Made by a program: the position numbers and the translations under genes
Assembly: GCA_040388985.1 (NCBI GenBank)
Contig: JAZKAU010000003.1
Span: forward strand, 110,896-174,895
Reading direction: 5' to 3'
Source: Patescibacteria group bacterium
GTDB lineage: Bacteria; Patescibacteriota; Minisyncoccia; Phycocordibacterales; Phycocordibacteraceae
Length of the DNA stretch: 64,000 bases
Part shown: positions 33,801 through 38,343 of the stretch, in pieces
Layout of the letters: every line of letters begins with the position of its first letter
Position numbering within the stretch: the first letter of the stretch is position 1
Notes under the pieces: model-generated
Seen by the model: only the letters and a program-made list of their open reading frames with translations
What the model was told of the DNA's origin: nothing
Database searches by the model: none

Positions 33801-36800
33801 GGCGGTGCCGTCACCGGTGAGCGCGGTGATGTAGTTGCCCTGAGCCTGGTACTGAGGGATGTTGAGAACATTTGCAGTGAGGGTGGCGGCTCCAGAGGTA
33901 CCGGTGGTGGTGAGTGAGGTGATCCTGTTCTGGTATGCGGTCTCCCAGTTAGTGGTGGAGGCGGTGAGCGGGATGGTGTAGCCGCTCGTGAGGCTGAAGA
34001 TGCCCGTGGAATTGTCATACGTGAGGCCGGTGGCAGTCGAGGAGAAGAGGCCGCGTGCGGTTGTGCTGAAGTCGCTGATGGTGCTCGCGAGCTGCGTACC
34101 GGTGTGATTCGCGCGGTTGAGGTAATACGAACCGTCCTGGCCGTCGAGGAGGTCGGCGTTGAAGAGCGAGCCGGAGCCTGAGAAGGAGGAGGTTGAGACG
34201 GAGAGCGCCCCACCAACGTTCGAAAGTCCGCTGCCGAGCAAGCTGGTGAAGGTTGAGCCGCCGACATTAATGCCTGACGTGAATGTCTGCAGTGCGCTCC
34301 ATGTGTTCACGCTCGTCGTGCTCACGATGAGCGGGATATTGAGCACGTTGCCGATAAGCGTGGCGAGACCACCTGAGCCGTTGGTGGTAAGGCTCGTGAT
34401 CCGATTCTGATACGCTGTCTCCCAGTTAGTAGTCGAAGCAGTGAGCGGGATGGTGTATCCGGGAGTCAGGCTGAATACTCCCGTAGAGTTGCTATAGGTA
34501 AGGCCCGTCGCTATCGAGGACAAGAGACCTCGTGCGGTCGAGGAGAAGTCGCTGATGGTACTCGCAAGCTGGGTTCCGGTGTGATTCGCGCGGTTCAGGT
34601 AATACGAACCGTCCTGGCCGTCGAGGAGAGCTGCATCGCCGCCGGAGAAGGACGTGGTAGCCAGACTGAATACGCCGGTCGAATTGTCATAGCTGATCGG
34701 TCCGGTTGCGCTCAGCAATCCGCGCAGGTAGGAATCCGAGGCTCCGTTCAGCGTGTTGCCGCTCCACGAGAGATTCGTTCCAGCCGTGATGCGCGATGAT
34801 GGCGTCTGGTAGAACGAGTCCCAGTTAGTAGTCGAAGCAGCGAGCGGGATGGTGTAGCCGGGCGTGAGAGAGAAGACGCCGGTGGAACTTGCGTACGAGA
34901 GGCCGGTGGCGGTTGAGGAAAGCGCACTGCGTGCGCGCGCGTCGGTGTAGTACAGATTGGAACCTTCCGCGAGATTAGTCGTGGACTTGGTAGTAAGCCA
35001 GGTATCTGCAGAAGTAGTAGAGAATGAATTGCCGAGGAAGTATGTGGAGTCGAAGCCATCGAGAAGGTCGGCGTTGAAGCCTGAGCCGCTTCCGGAGAAG
35101 GAGGTAGTGGAGACCGACAGAGCTCCGCCGGTATTCACGAGACCGAAGCCCGTGAGGTCGGTGAAGTAATCGCTTCCGATTCCCAGGATCGTCGTAAAGA
35201 GAGAGGTAGTCGTAGCCGAATCTGCAGTAAGATTCGTCACCGCTGCGTCGGTACCCGTGATATGCGTGGCGAACAGGTTGGTGCTCGTAGCATTCGTACT
35301 CGTCGCGTTGGTGAAGGTCGCATTAGTCGCCGTCAGATCCGCGATCACGGCCGTGGTGATATTCGCGAGCGTCGCCGTGAAGGAACTGAGTACGGCATTC
35401 AGGATAGTGCCGGTCGTCGCGAAGAAGTTCGTGGTGGTCGCATTCGTAGTCGTCGTGTTCCCGAATATCGCATTCAGCGCCGAGAGCGTATCGAAGCTGC
35501 CGGAAGTAGCGTGCAAGAGCGATGCGAAGAGATTCGTAGACGTCGAATTCGTGAAATTCGAATTAGTGCCCGAGAGGTTCGTGATGGCGCCATTCGTGCT
35601 CGCGAGATTCGGAAAAGTGGACGTCGCCGTCGTCGAAGCTGCCGTGAAATAGGGCGCGCTGACCGCGCTGCCGGAAGAAAGATTCGAGACCGTAAGCGTT
35701 CCTGCGGTAAGGGTGCCGCTTACCGTGAGATCACCCGTGACGCTCGTCGTTGCGAGAGACGATGCGCCTGCAGCAAGCGTTCCGGTCGTCGTTGAACCGA
35801 TGGTCGCCGTGTCTGCGGTCAGGTTCGTGAACCGAGCATTACCGCTCTGGATATCGACATTCGTGAGCGTCGCGCCGTCGCTTGATACGCCGCCCCCTGA
35901 ACTGCTTCCGCCTCCTCCCCCGCCGCCACTTGGACGATTACGTAGCGTCGCGTCGATGCTCTCCGTCACGAAGGGGCGCACGATAGCGAGAACCGCTTCT
36001 TCCGAAAGCGCACCGATGACGCTCTGCGGGAAGAGATTCTGAACGATATTCTGGATGACCGTCGTGTGCGATACAGAACTCACAGACGTCGAAGCCGCAT
36101 ATGACGCCGTATCCGCAGGAGTGAACGCTACGGTATTGGTCTGACCGAACGGTACGACAGACAGGCCTGGCGCCAGGCTCGGCGGCGTTACCGCGCCCGC
36201 GATCGCACGGATACCGGTATCGATGAGCGAGCGGGCGAGCCGGGATCCGCCGATGAGCAGATGTGCGAGCGCTCGCTCGAGCGAAGCGGGCACTGACGTG
36301 AGTGCGCTCGCTGCGAGCTGGCTCGATGCCGCGTACCCGCTCCCTGAAGCCTGTACCGCGCTTGCAAGAGCGCCAGCTCCTACATGCGCCCTGGGCGACA
36401 CTACGGCGACAGTCACATCTGCTGCTTCATAGAGATTTGCGCCTGCTTCGCCACCATGCTCGATGAGCGCGAGATACTGCGTGCCGATGTTCTGAACCGG
36501 TTCAAGAAGCGCCTGACCGCTCCGGACTTGAGCTGTCGTGACTGAACCTACAAAGGCGAGCGATGAATCCGTCCACGTCTGCGCAAAAGAATCATTAGCT
36601 GCAGCAAGCATGGACGGCGCGTCCGCTGCAGTGGCGCCCACGGCCTGTCCTGCTACATACACGTAGCCGAGCAGTTCGCCCGCGACGCGCGGCGACGCGT
36701 CAGTCCATGCGTAGACTGCCTGCGCGTACGCAGCCGTAAGCGAGTCAGCGTAACGCGGCATCGACACCACGGTGTCGCGCGCAGAAGCTGCAGTCGCAAG

Positions 36801-37664
36801 AGCACTATCACCCGTTCCCTGTACCGTAGCGAGATATATATTCCCGATATTCTTGCTGAGCGCGAGTGCATCCGTTCCGATCTCTACATATGCTTTCGCC
36901 ACTGTTCGCGCGCTGTCCCGAAGTGCGCGCAGTGGATGCATCGCGATCGCCTGCAGAGACGTTATGCGCGCACGCGCGATGTCAGCGATGCTCGCGCCTG
37001 AAGCGGTAGCGACATCGACTGCGGCGGGATATGCGTTCGTATAGGTGCCGGTCGCGAACGCGACATCATGCGAGAGTACGCCAGCGTCCGGTACGACGAG
37101 CAGAGGAGCAGCATTCTGCGCAACGCGCGTATCACTCGGTCGGAACGATGATGGCAACTCTGAAAGATGCTGCACCAGAAGCGCTACTCGCAGCGCCGTG
37201 TCAGGAAGGTTCGAGAGCGCCTCTTGTACCTGCGGAGACACCGACGCATACGCACTGCCTGCGACGAGCACGAGCGTGACTGCGGCGGCGGCAAGTGGCG
37301 CATGTACGCGCGTGCGCATCGGGCTTAAGACGGGAACGCGTTGCGGTGCTGCGCCGTTCGGGGTCCGTTCTTCACGCACTAACTTGACTGTCGGCGTAGA
37401 TAGTTTCTGCTGAGCTAAGAGATATTCCTGCGAACGCGCCGCGGCTATCTGTGCAGTAAGTTCGATCTTGCGCTGCCGCTGGTCTTGAATGAATTTCTCG
37501 AGCGAATCCCTGTCAACGAGCCAGGCGCGTCCGACCTGTGCACCTTGTATCTTTTTCGAACGACAGAGGCGTGCGAGATAATCCGGATTGTATCCGGAAA
37601 TGGTTGATGCTTCTTTCGTTGAGACTAACGAAGAGGAGAGGATGTTTTTAGAAAGATCAGGCAT
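12888..37664 (-). CDS. Giant (8258 aa) membrane-anchored, phage-tail-fibre-like repeat protein with LVIVD propeller, S74 intramolecular-chaperone domain and Ig-like C-terminus
   Basis: A single uninterrupted ORF of 24,777 nt with a verified ATG start. It carries an N-terminal HTH-like domain and one TM helix (aa 122-140). It has hundreds of T/S/G/A-rich modules, including FNADLLDGQDS.YYL and LTGDGTATGPGSATFTLATVN..TFTVNAKGLITA, both reminiscent of phage tail-fibre repeats. It also has recurring GNVGIGTTSP motifs. Near the C-terminus it has 6-7 LVIVD repeats (YAYV...VVDVSNPAAP), then SDERLKNISG...LSPILYHW...GFSAQNVQSAIPEAV (Peptidase_S74-like), a coiled coil, and an Ig-like DUF5011-like domain. 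Codon composition is native high GC. Confidence 0.85.
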   Translation of the reverse strand: MPDLSKNILSSSLVSTKEASTISGYNPDYLARLCRSKKIQGAQVGRAWLVDRDSLEKFIQDQRQRKIELTAQIAAARSQEYLLAQQKLSTPTVKLVREERTPNGAAPQRVPVLSPMRTRVHAPLAAAAVTLVLVAGSAYASVSPQVQEALSNLPDTALRVALLVQHLSELPSSFRPSDTRVAQNAAPLLVVPDAGVLSHDVAFATGTYTNAYPAAVDVATASGASIADIARARITSLQAIAMHPLRALRDSARTVAKAYVEIGTDALALSKNIGNIYLATVQGTGDSALATAASARDTVVSMPRYADSLTAAYAQAVYAWTDASPRVAGELLGYVYVAGQAVGATAADAPSMLAAANDSFAQTWTDSSLAFVGSVTTAQVRSGQALLEPVQNIGTQYLALIEHGGEAGANLYEAADVTVAVVSPRAHVGAGALASAVQASGSGYAASSQLAASALTSVPASLERALAHLLIGGSRLARSLIDTGIRAIAGAVTPPSLAPGLSVVPFGQTNTVAFTPADTASYAASTSVSSVSHTTVIQNIVQNLFPQSVIGALSEEAVLAIVRPFVTESIDATLRNRPSGGGGGGGSSSGGGVSSDGATLTNVDIQSGNARFTNLTADTATIGSTTTGTLAAGASSLATTSVTGDLTVSGTLTAGTLTVSNLSSGSAVSAPYFTAASTTATSTFPNLASTNGAITNLSGTNSNFTNSTSTNLFASLLHATSGSFDTLSALNAIFGNTTTTNATTTNFFATTGTILNAVLSSFTATLANITTAVIADLTATNATFTNATSTNATSTNLFATHITGTDAAVTNLTADSATTTSLFTTILGIGSDYFTDLTGFGLVNTGGALSVSTTSFSGSGSGFNADLLDGFDSTYFLGNSFSTTSADTWLTTKSTTNLAEGSNLYYTDARARSALSSTATGLSYASSTGVFSLTPGYTIPLAASTTNWDSFYQTPSSRITAGTNLSWSGNTLNGASDSYLRGLLSATGPISYDNSTGVFSLATTSFSGGDAALLDGQDGSYYLNRANHTGTQLASTISDFSSTARGLLSSIATGLTYSNSTGVFSLTPGYTIPLTASTTNWETAYQNRITSLTTNGSGGLATLIGNVLNIPLIVSTTSVNTWSALQTFTSGINVGGSTFTSLLGSGLSNVGGALSVSTSSFSGSGSLFNADLLDGQDGSYYLNRANHTGTQLASTISDFSTTARGLFSSTATGLTYDNSTGIFSLTSGYTIPLTASTTNWETAYQNRITSLTTTGTSGAATLTANVLNIPQYQAQGNYITALTGDGTATGPGSAAFTLATVNGNVGTFNNVTVNGKGLVTAASNVSYLTGNQTITLTGDVTGSGTTSIATTLATVNGTPGTFGSSTAIPTFTVNGKGLITAVSTNAVVAPAGTLTGTTLASNVVSSSLTSVGTLTSLTVSGNTTLANATSTNLGVTNFTLGGSTFTSLLGSGLLNPGGALTLDSTTVRGLFSSTATGLTYTAGTGVFSLTSGYTIPLTASTTNWDSFYQTPSTRITAGTGLTWTGNTLNVSTSSLALDTTYFKQNGNSFGTTAVLGTIDNNALQLKTNNATRLTIDTSGNVGVGTSTPQSLFSVSGDIFTTTGVGIGTTTLSGHGLGISLAANSQRGILVMNFLNGTNSGPVITAQSAAGVGITLGSVGTAYTANTVGVTANTAYLQANQTNLRIINTSASAGRNISFYGFGATPSEMARFDAATGFFGVGTTTPSAQLSASSTSSGTAFLIQQNGSGPAGVFLGGNIGIATTTPGRTLTIAGDLGLTGALFAGNTSAGTNGQVLQTTGTGIQWVSTSTLGFQASGNYITALTGDGTATGPGSATFTLATVNATPGSFGSSTAIPTFTVNAKGLITAVSTNAVVAPAGTLTGTTLASNVVNSSLTSVGTLTSLTVSGQTTLGNASTTNLTIGSLSGLLYGNNGTVGAATVSSPLAFSAGTLSVAPGFTIPLTASTTNWDSFYQTPSTRITAGTGLTWTGNTLNVSTSSLAIDTTYFKQGGNAFGTTARFGTTDVNPLNIITSNATVATFLTNGNFGIGTTSPPERLTVAGNAAISGSVSAASLTTTGAANVNSLSIGSLSGFLKATAGTVGTALIDLSTDVTSTLPSANGGTGFASYSPGDILYADNSGVLAKLPVGSSGQVLKVQAGFPAWGIDQTIGAGGSGDGVFATSTNLIYPIDTSNVLLVGTNATSTTNSIFEVSGQEYISTRLGIATTSPSAALSVGGNALISGTGTFGQLIDNGLTANTLTYANGAKQLSSVTLGTGLTLTTGTLSVATSSFSGSGSGFNADLLDGQDSTYYLDRANHTGTQLASTISDFSTTARGLFSSTATGLTYTAGTGVFSLTSGYTIPLTASTTDWQTAYANRITSLTTNGSGGLATLTGNVLNIPLIVSTTSANSWSALQTFSGGITTAGTVTLGSLTGVLHASSGVVGASNVLLGSEVSGVLPVTNGGTGWSTITSGAVLYGNGSSALATTTPGSNGQVLALVAGIPTWVATTTAGTGLTYSAGSFNVNTSQNITTLSNLATAGFVKTDSSGVLSVDTNAYLTGNQTITLTGDVTGSGTTSIATTLATVNGTPGTFGSSTAIPTFTVNGKGLITAVSTNAVVAPAGTLTGTTLASNVVNSSLTSVGTLTSLTVSGNTSLANATSTNLGVTNFTLGGSTFTSLLGTGLTNSGGVLTVSTSSLALDTTYFKQGGNSFGATATLGTIDANQLNLITANATRLSVTSGGNVGVGTSTPSDKLDVAGNLRISSASPLISAVNPVNGSGLFGFSRKDDVSSASLQIAAFGGIGFTPGLGGSSISPTSTSSALWISTTGNVGIATTTPNYLLTVGVPSAINVDQGISFSRSAVAQDAIRYGIRSNSGGLYRGSITGTASNGTQTEIMSFLTGGQVGIGSTSPFARLTVKGLGNTSATTNFQTTNSLDTALFTILDNGNVGIGTTTPSQKLDVAGNIALSTGGFLYGDTINPSLSLSNAGGSILSYTSNNSITVGNGVIRFNTSGAQQMTINSSGNIGIGTTTPFAKLTLVGDLSVSGGGIYDGNSTRGTNGQVLQTTGTGIQWVATSTLGFQASGNYITALTGDGTASGPGSAAFTLATVNTNVGIFGGASSVPTFTVNGKGLITAVSTNAVVAPAGTLSGTTLASNVVSSSLTSVGTLTALTVSGATSLSTFTATSGTTTNATSTNFGVTNFTLGGSTFTSLLGTGLSNVGGTLTVSTSSLALDTTYFKQGGNSFGATATLGTIDSNQLNLITGNATRLSITSGGNVGIGTTSPLSILHIYSAGSSAVSLVEGPGGNYTSTIATSGGTGLVFNAANAFTIYGQGAANKGTTSGLSSYVTVLPGGNVGIGTTSPLYKLDVAGFINTDQYSGYKQAGSTILTASSTLNNLLVGISAGASITTATHITALGHQALFTATSSSDNTAIGFFALRANTSGNANTAIGSQALQSNTTGVTNVGIGSLALLANTTGNNNVGIGYEALFANTVSSGNTAIGSAALLSSTGISATAIGSSALQNNISATTTVAIGARAGLGAVGYSNQGGAFVGFQAGMSLDTGSDFNTLIGYQSGRSITTGARNVFLGNSTITASLNQVTTGSNNISIGNDVAVASSTASNQLNIGNLIYGTGLSGTGATISTGNIGIGTSSPSSILSVQSTNNGIPAATFAYNNTGANQFNIYPFSDGNTYLQHNGKAIFSPVGALTAQLVIDTTGNIGIATTTPGRTLTIAGDLGLTGALFAGNTSAGTNGQVLQTTGTGIQWVSTSTLGFQASGNYITALTGDGTASGPGSATFTLATVNGTPGTFGSSTAIPTFTVNGKGLITAVSTNAVVAPAGTLTGTTLASNIVNSSLTSVGTLTSLTVSGQTTLGNASTTNLTVSGATTLGNTTLANATSTSLYTTTLGINSESFTDLTGTGLVNTGGALTLDSTTVRGLFSSTATGLTYTAGTGVFSLTSGYTIPLTASTTDWQTAYTNRITSLTTTGTGAATLSANVLNIPLYAGTTTSNTWGGTQTFTNAPIFSSLSGLLQGNGASAVTAVGGTAGQFPYYNGTNTLTATSTIFLSATGKIGIATTTPGRTLTIAGDLGLTGALYAGNTNAGTNGQVLQTTGTGIQWVSTSTLGFTSGTVTSVDASGGTTGLTFSGGPITTSGTLTLAGTLGIANGGTNAASQTTNGVTYFNGTSITSGSALTYNGTNLALTGGAVTAPQFRASDSVGAPGFSFAGDATTGLYHAGSNLIGFATGGVGRAYIDGNGFFGIGSSTPAEALTVVGNGILSGNLSLGGNISATGNLTAANATTTSLYATTLGVGSDYLTDLTGFGLVNTGGALSVSTTSFSGSGSGFNADLLDGQDGTYYLNRANHTGTQLAATISDFATTARGLFSSTATGLTYTAGTGVFSLTAGYTIPLTASTTNWEAAYQNRITSLTTTGTSGAATLTANVLNIPQYQAQGNYITALTGDGTATGPGSATFTLATVNATPGSFGSSTAIPTFTVNAKGLITAAGSVAVVAPAGTLTGTTLASNVVNSSLTSVGTLTALTVSGATTLGNLTAALATTTSLTTTNFTLGGSTFTSLLGTGLTNTAGVLSVSTSSLALDTTYFKQGGNSFGATATLGTIDSNQLNLITGNTTRLSVTSAGNVGIGTTSPGTTLHVYAATPVIRIDGPASAAKTLSFAKDNISYWNIYNPASSGDLRFYDQQGVGDLLTLKTGGNVGIGTTTPAAKLDINNGSVSTVSGALRIEGGISAVNAGHSIDWYAGSANAGAAANAYARIAGVTDAAGSTGNLAFYTNSGLGASASTEKLRITGAGNVGIGTSSPISLLSIAGATGSNQIAIGNTSAAVVNGDTVAKIGFYTSDASSLINREVANINVVADGADYAGIAAPTALTFLTQNSSGALAERLRITAAGNVGIGTTTPFAKLTVVGDLSISGGGIYDNNATRGTTGQVLQTTGTGIQWVSTSTLGFAGATTGNSLLYGNGTGGFSNATVGTGLSFAAGTLSVATTSNALGLDGTYFKQNGNSFGATAVLGTIDSNLLQFKTNNTTRLTIDTSGNVGIGTTSPTSNLEVYRASTGASSFKVDGWTDPTAPMVYFASKAAEVGRSLFRIASDVNGTPTNAFEVLDNGNVGIGTTTPGSLLTIAGSQAGITIDRTANDSFLQLSSSGVSGGQFRYFAPNVVSIADVNGTDKVVFNTSSGNVGIGTTSPSAALHVYGSAQALAQIQSTDTFSYLMLADSGSTAANGQGIGSNGNNLIFRANGGTRATLTSAGNFGIGTTTPFAKLTVVGDLSVSGGGIYDGNSTRGTNGQVLQTTGTGIQWVSTSTLGFAAAGNYITALTGDGTASGPGSATFTLATVNGTPGTFGSSTAIPTFTVNGKGLITAVSTNAVVAPAGTLTGTTLASNIVNSSLTSVGTLTSLTVSGQTTLGNASTTNLTVSGQTTLGNTTLTSATSTNLGVTNFTLGGSTFTSLLGSGLSNVGGVLTATISTSSLALDTTYFKQDGNSFGATATLGTNDGNALVFETNNTEALRINTARQLVSSIGSSASVPSYTWTGDLSTGIGHPTANVIAFSTGSVERARIDGNGYLGIGTTTASEALTVGGNGIIAGTLLVSSTSLTTGLATFSSGINVNGESFTDLTGTGLLNTGGALTLDSSTVRGLFSSTATGLTYTSGTGVFSLTSGYNIPLTASTTNWETAYQNRITSATLPLSISSNTISIANALADGSTKGAASFNANDFDASSGNISIDYANGQAAASTSKGFLTAADWITFNGKQASGNYITALTGDGTATGPGSAAFTLATVNGNVGTFNNVTVNGKGLVTAASNVSYLTGNQTITLTGDVTGSGTTSIATTLATVNGTPGTFGSSTAIPTFTVNAKGLITAVSTNAVVAPAGTLTGTTLASNVVTSSLTSVGTLTALTVSGATTLGNLTAALATTTSLTTTNFTLGGSTFTSLLGTGLTNSGGVLTVSTSSLALDTNYFKQGGNSFGATAVLGTNDSNLLQFKTNNATRLTIDTSGNVGVGTSTPGSKLIVQGSGTGNVAIGEWGGGSTYGAISLSGSLATGSANFYSAGTSLFINRPTGGALDFRMNDVSQMYISSAGLVGIGTTTPADKLNVSAGNLRLSAIGVGQGIYADNGAGSGMFSLTRQSTGATGDLSVSAFGGIGLTGGNTAYATGATSYQAYLTSTGNFGIGTTTPTNKLDVNGNIATVIGSGGTLTLYDAVAGRNNLIKLGADASGAYINSTFSAGGTANLRLQTAGTDKVTITQAGLVGIGTTTPSTQLHIDSGTASVLPTISLSALGASVQNFGRASAYFTGSAATDLGIRYSSNLFIGATSNAAMVLTAAGNVGIATTTPGRTLTVAGDIGLTGALYAGNTSAGTNGQVLQTTGTGIQWVATSTLGFQASGNYITALTGDVTATGPGSAAATLATVNATPGSFGSSTAIPVFTVNAKGLITAVSTSTVVAPAGTLTGTTLASNVVNSSLTSVGTLTALTVSGQTTLGNASTTNLTVSGATTLGTLTASSATTTNEATTNFTLGGSTFTSLLGTGLTNTAGVLTVSTSSLALDTTYFKQGGNSFGATATLGTIDSNQLNLITGNTTRLSITSGGNVGVGTSTPSARLAVTGTAGTGDIFAIASSTEARLLTVTSTGNVGIGVIAPAALLNIGGAKSAASWTTTGLNLAVDASTLTDTSGSGTIATRAASSFGRPTLVASSPVTLTDASTLYIANAPLASTNTTITNAWALHVAAGNVKLGGNLVIGNGSNSTSVALLSSSNSTVFNTSSMTYGAAFEVTNTGIGGATGFDGNSQVSNAGTVTNAYGAIASVRILGGGTITNGYGVVGRTPTITSGTVTNAYGLYAQAQKITGVTNGYGVYAAGTSDINYFAGSVGIGTTTPATTLQVTGLGGTNPFRVSSSTNASMFEITQAGAALFNSQAGTSGQVLQSFGAGAPPQWVATSTLGFQASGNYITALTGDGTATGPGSATFTLATVNATPGSFGSSTAIPSFTVNAKGLITAVSTNAVVAPAGTLTGTTLAANVVNSSLTSVGTLTSLTVSGQTSLGNASTTNLTVSGATTLGTLTASSATTTNEATTNFTLGGSTFTSLLGSGLSNVGGALSVSTTSLGLAPATTGSSLLYGNGSGGFSNATVSSPLTFTGGALGINNAVADGATKGAATFLAADFNDNGSGLISLDYANGQAAASTTKGFLTAADWITFNNKQALLTGTTGQLGYFSATNTFTATSSIFLDTTGNFGVGTTSPFARLSVKGVGTTTAANFQLTNSSNTPLLTVLDSGNVGIGTSTPSTRLALTGGSYLQTVSTVPTVKGTVSIASGTNGIGVAISGRYAYSVDAAGGFKLSVIDIAVPSAPVVVGSVVDSTNLNGAFTVRVAGQYAYVTATGGNRFTVVDVSNPAAPAVVGSVTNSLLNSARGLYISGRYAYVAANGANALVVVDISNPTTPVIAGSIVDATNLLTPDSVYVSGKYAYVTTAGATGSRLTVVDVSNPAAPVVVGSLNNATYLLNAKDVYVSGRYAYVLGQNTNSFAVVDVSTPSAPTLVAGIVDNTNLNAPKNMYVAGRYAYVSANGTNRFTIVDISNPAAPTVVTSLQDSTNLNNPRGIFISGKYAYVNAGSKFTVLDIDGMEAPSASFGAANTQTLSVLENGDIGGDLYIRNGLLVGTGGISSGGSLTVLGTAGTNPFTVASSSGANLLTLTGAGNLGIGTSTPTAQLTTTGSVRFAGLASAGANLTTDNLGNVTASSDERLKNISGSFTRGLADIEKLSPILYHWNATSGLDQNGQYAGFSAQNVQSAIPEAVATDSRGFLTLADRPIIAASVNAIKELAGRTDSFASSFTSLAVRLDSVESKATAEQAAAQLPHELVATSVTAASMEIAQGVSAGTLHAQSVNADGTVSAARYIVPANATTFAYGSTTISVTLPDEVLTDSATNVDLYKLASYGVAGVQALSARFDTFALRIDDLESRLALLETAKNATSTSATGPLSIAASGLEKLLEELGIIVHDGIAQFTTIVTHQLVLSADSNGTASAGSVVIPNGQTEFKVENSLVLPTSKIFLTFTSSIDGSWYISKKEQGSFTITLAKAQDIPVSFDYFLVQTEGQIASVGNVPPSQPSVAPPNSGDQQTPPPSGTQPQNGTDPVIQLTGGSSIQIAQGATWTDPGATAAAADGTDLTSSIAVSGGVNAQTPGDYTLTYRATDASGRFAEATRTVSVLAPAVGGGSDAPPAPEPDPAPVVSSDPAPTPDSSPAS
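12999..13226 (-). other. Ig-like (BIG/DUF5011-like) domain near the C-terminus of the giant protein
   Basis: DPVIQLTGGSSIQIAQGATWTDPGATAAAADGTDLTSSIAVSGGVNAQTPGDYTLTYRATDASGRFAEATRTVSV shows a beta-sandwich pattern and is followed by a Pro-rich tail. Confidence 0.5.
14076..14408 (-). other. Peptidase S74 / intramolecular chaperone auto-processing domain (endosialidase and T5 tail-fibre type) inside the giant ORF
   Basis: SDERLKNISGSFTRGLADIEKLSPILYHWNATSGLDQNGQYAGFSAQNVQSAIPEAVATDSRGFLTLADRPIIAASVNAIKELAGR matches the remembered S74 consensus (SD.RLK.NI ... L.P..Y.y ... GfiAQevq...PE.V ... AIkEL). The serine of SDERLK is aa 7753. Confidence 0.65.
14745..15665 (-). other. LVIVD-repeat beta-propeller block (about 6-7 blades) in the giant protein
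   Basis: Repeated YAYV(x)...FTVVDVSNPAAPxVVGS units about 45 aa apart are characteristic of PF08309 LVIVD repeats. Confidence 0.65.
37245..37301 (-). other. Single predicted TM helix / signal anchor of the giant protein (aa about 122-140, PLAAAAVTLVLVAGSAYASV)
   Basis: Hydrophobic stretch preceded by the basic RTRVH segment. Confidence 0.5.
37485..37664 (-). other. N-terminal excisionase/MerR-type HTH-like domain (HTH_17-like) of the giant protein
   Basis: LVSTKEASTISGYNPDYLARLCRSKKIQGAQVGRAWLV matches the remembered pattern ls.kEaa..lgvs..t.yrl...g.ip..k.Gr.wri. It is paralogous to the N-terminus of the upstream 38357..39262 gene. Confidence 0.5.
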
Positions 37665-38277
37665 GTCGGATATCCGAATTACCTAAATAATAGCTTGCTA
37701 TTTCGTAATGCTCTCTATCGCGCGTGGGGATAAGATTCTGAAAAATTCTATGCCATGAACGTTCGCAAAAAATCTTCACTCGTTGAAGGTTCATGCAGAA
37801 AATGAAAGGAGTTCGATCGCGCATAGTTGCCGGAATTTCGGTTTGCGTGCAACTTTGATCTTCTTGAACGGACAACTTGAGAGAACCTTTGCTGCTTTAT
37901 TCCGTCTGATCAGGACTACAGACCTTCCTAACGAGCGAGAAACCTACCTATGGCAGAAGTTCCGGGGGTGATTCGAGCAACGCGTACTGACGACCGCTAC
38001 CGAAAAAGTAATACCATAGTCAAGAATATAGCTTATAGATACTAGCGATATCGGAAATACAACGGCTGAGGCAATACATATCTTGGGTTCGTGGGTGAAA
38101 TGATGGCGACAAGAAAGGTTACGGAGGAGAAGCCGGAAAGATTCGAATACAAGTAAGTTGTGATTATGTTTGTTTGCGCTGACTCTTTTTTGGACCCGAT
38201 AGTGATGCTCTGATTCCTGCTATAAATGCTGAAGATCATTAGATATTCCTTTGAGCGAGAACAAACGCTAAAGATTA

Positions 38278-38309
38278 TTAAAATAGAGACGAATTCGTCT
38301 CTATTTTAA
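38278..38309. terminator. 32-bp perfect palindrome TTAAAATAGAGACGAATTCGTCTCTATTTTAA (bidirectional terminator-like)
   Basis: Read directly. Located 48 bp downstream of the 38357 stop of the HTH-TM gene and flanked by A/T runs. Confidence 0.55.
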
Positions 38310-38319
38310 TAATTATTGT

Positions 38320-38343
38320 TTCTTGTCTATACGAGACAAGAAA
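38320..38343. terminator. Second hairpin TTCTTGTCT-ATACG-AGACAAGAA immediately after the gene stop
   Basis: 7-9 bp stem flanked by TTT/AAAA, in tandem with the 38278 palindrome. Confidence 0.45.

Noticed and set aside
13590-36042. Dozens of 60-300-aa ORFs on the + strand antisense to the giant gene (e.g. 13590..14342, 16142..17062 on the minus-strand alternative frame, 19738..20337, 33229..33834, 35262..35795), several with identical translations.
   Set aside because: They are frame-shadows of a long, high-GC, internally repetitive coding region. Their translations are low-complexity (P/A/V/R-rich) and their identity simply mirrors the nucleotide repeats. The single 8258-aa frame is far more parsimonious.
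37657-38239. Short ORFs (72, 62 and 65 aa) in the 692-bp leader upstream of the giant gene.
   Set aside because: They sit in an AT-rich non-coding region, lack recognisable motifs or RBS context, and one overlaps the giant gene's start. Treated as spurious.
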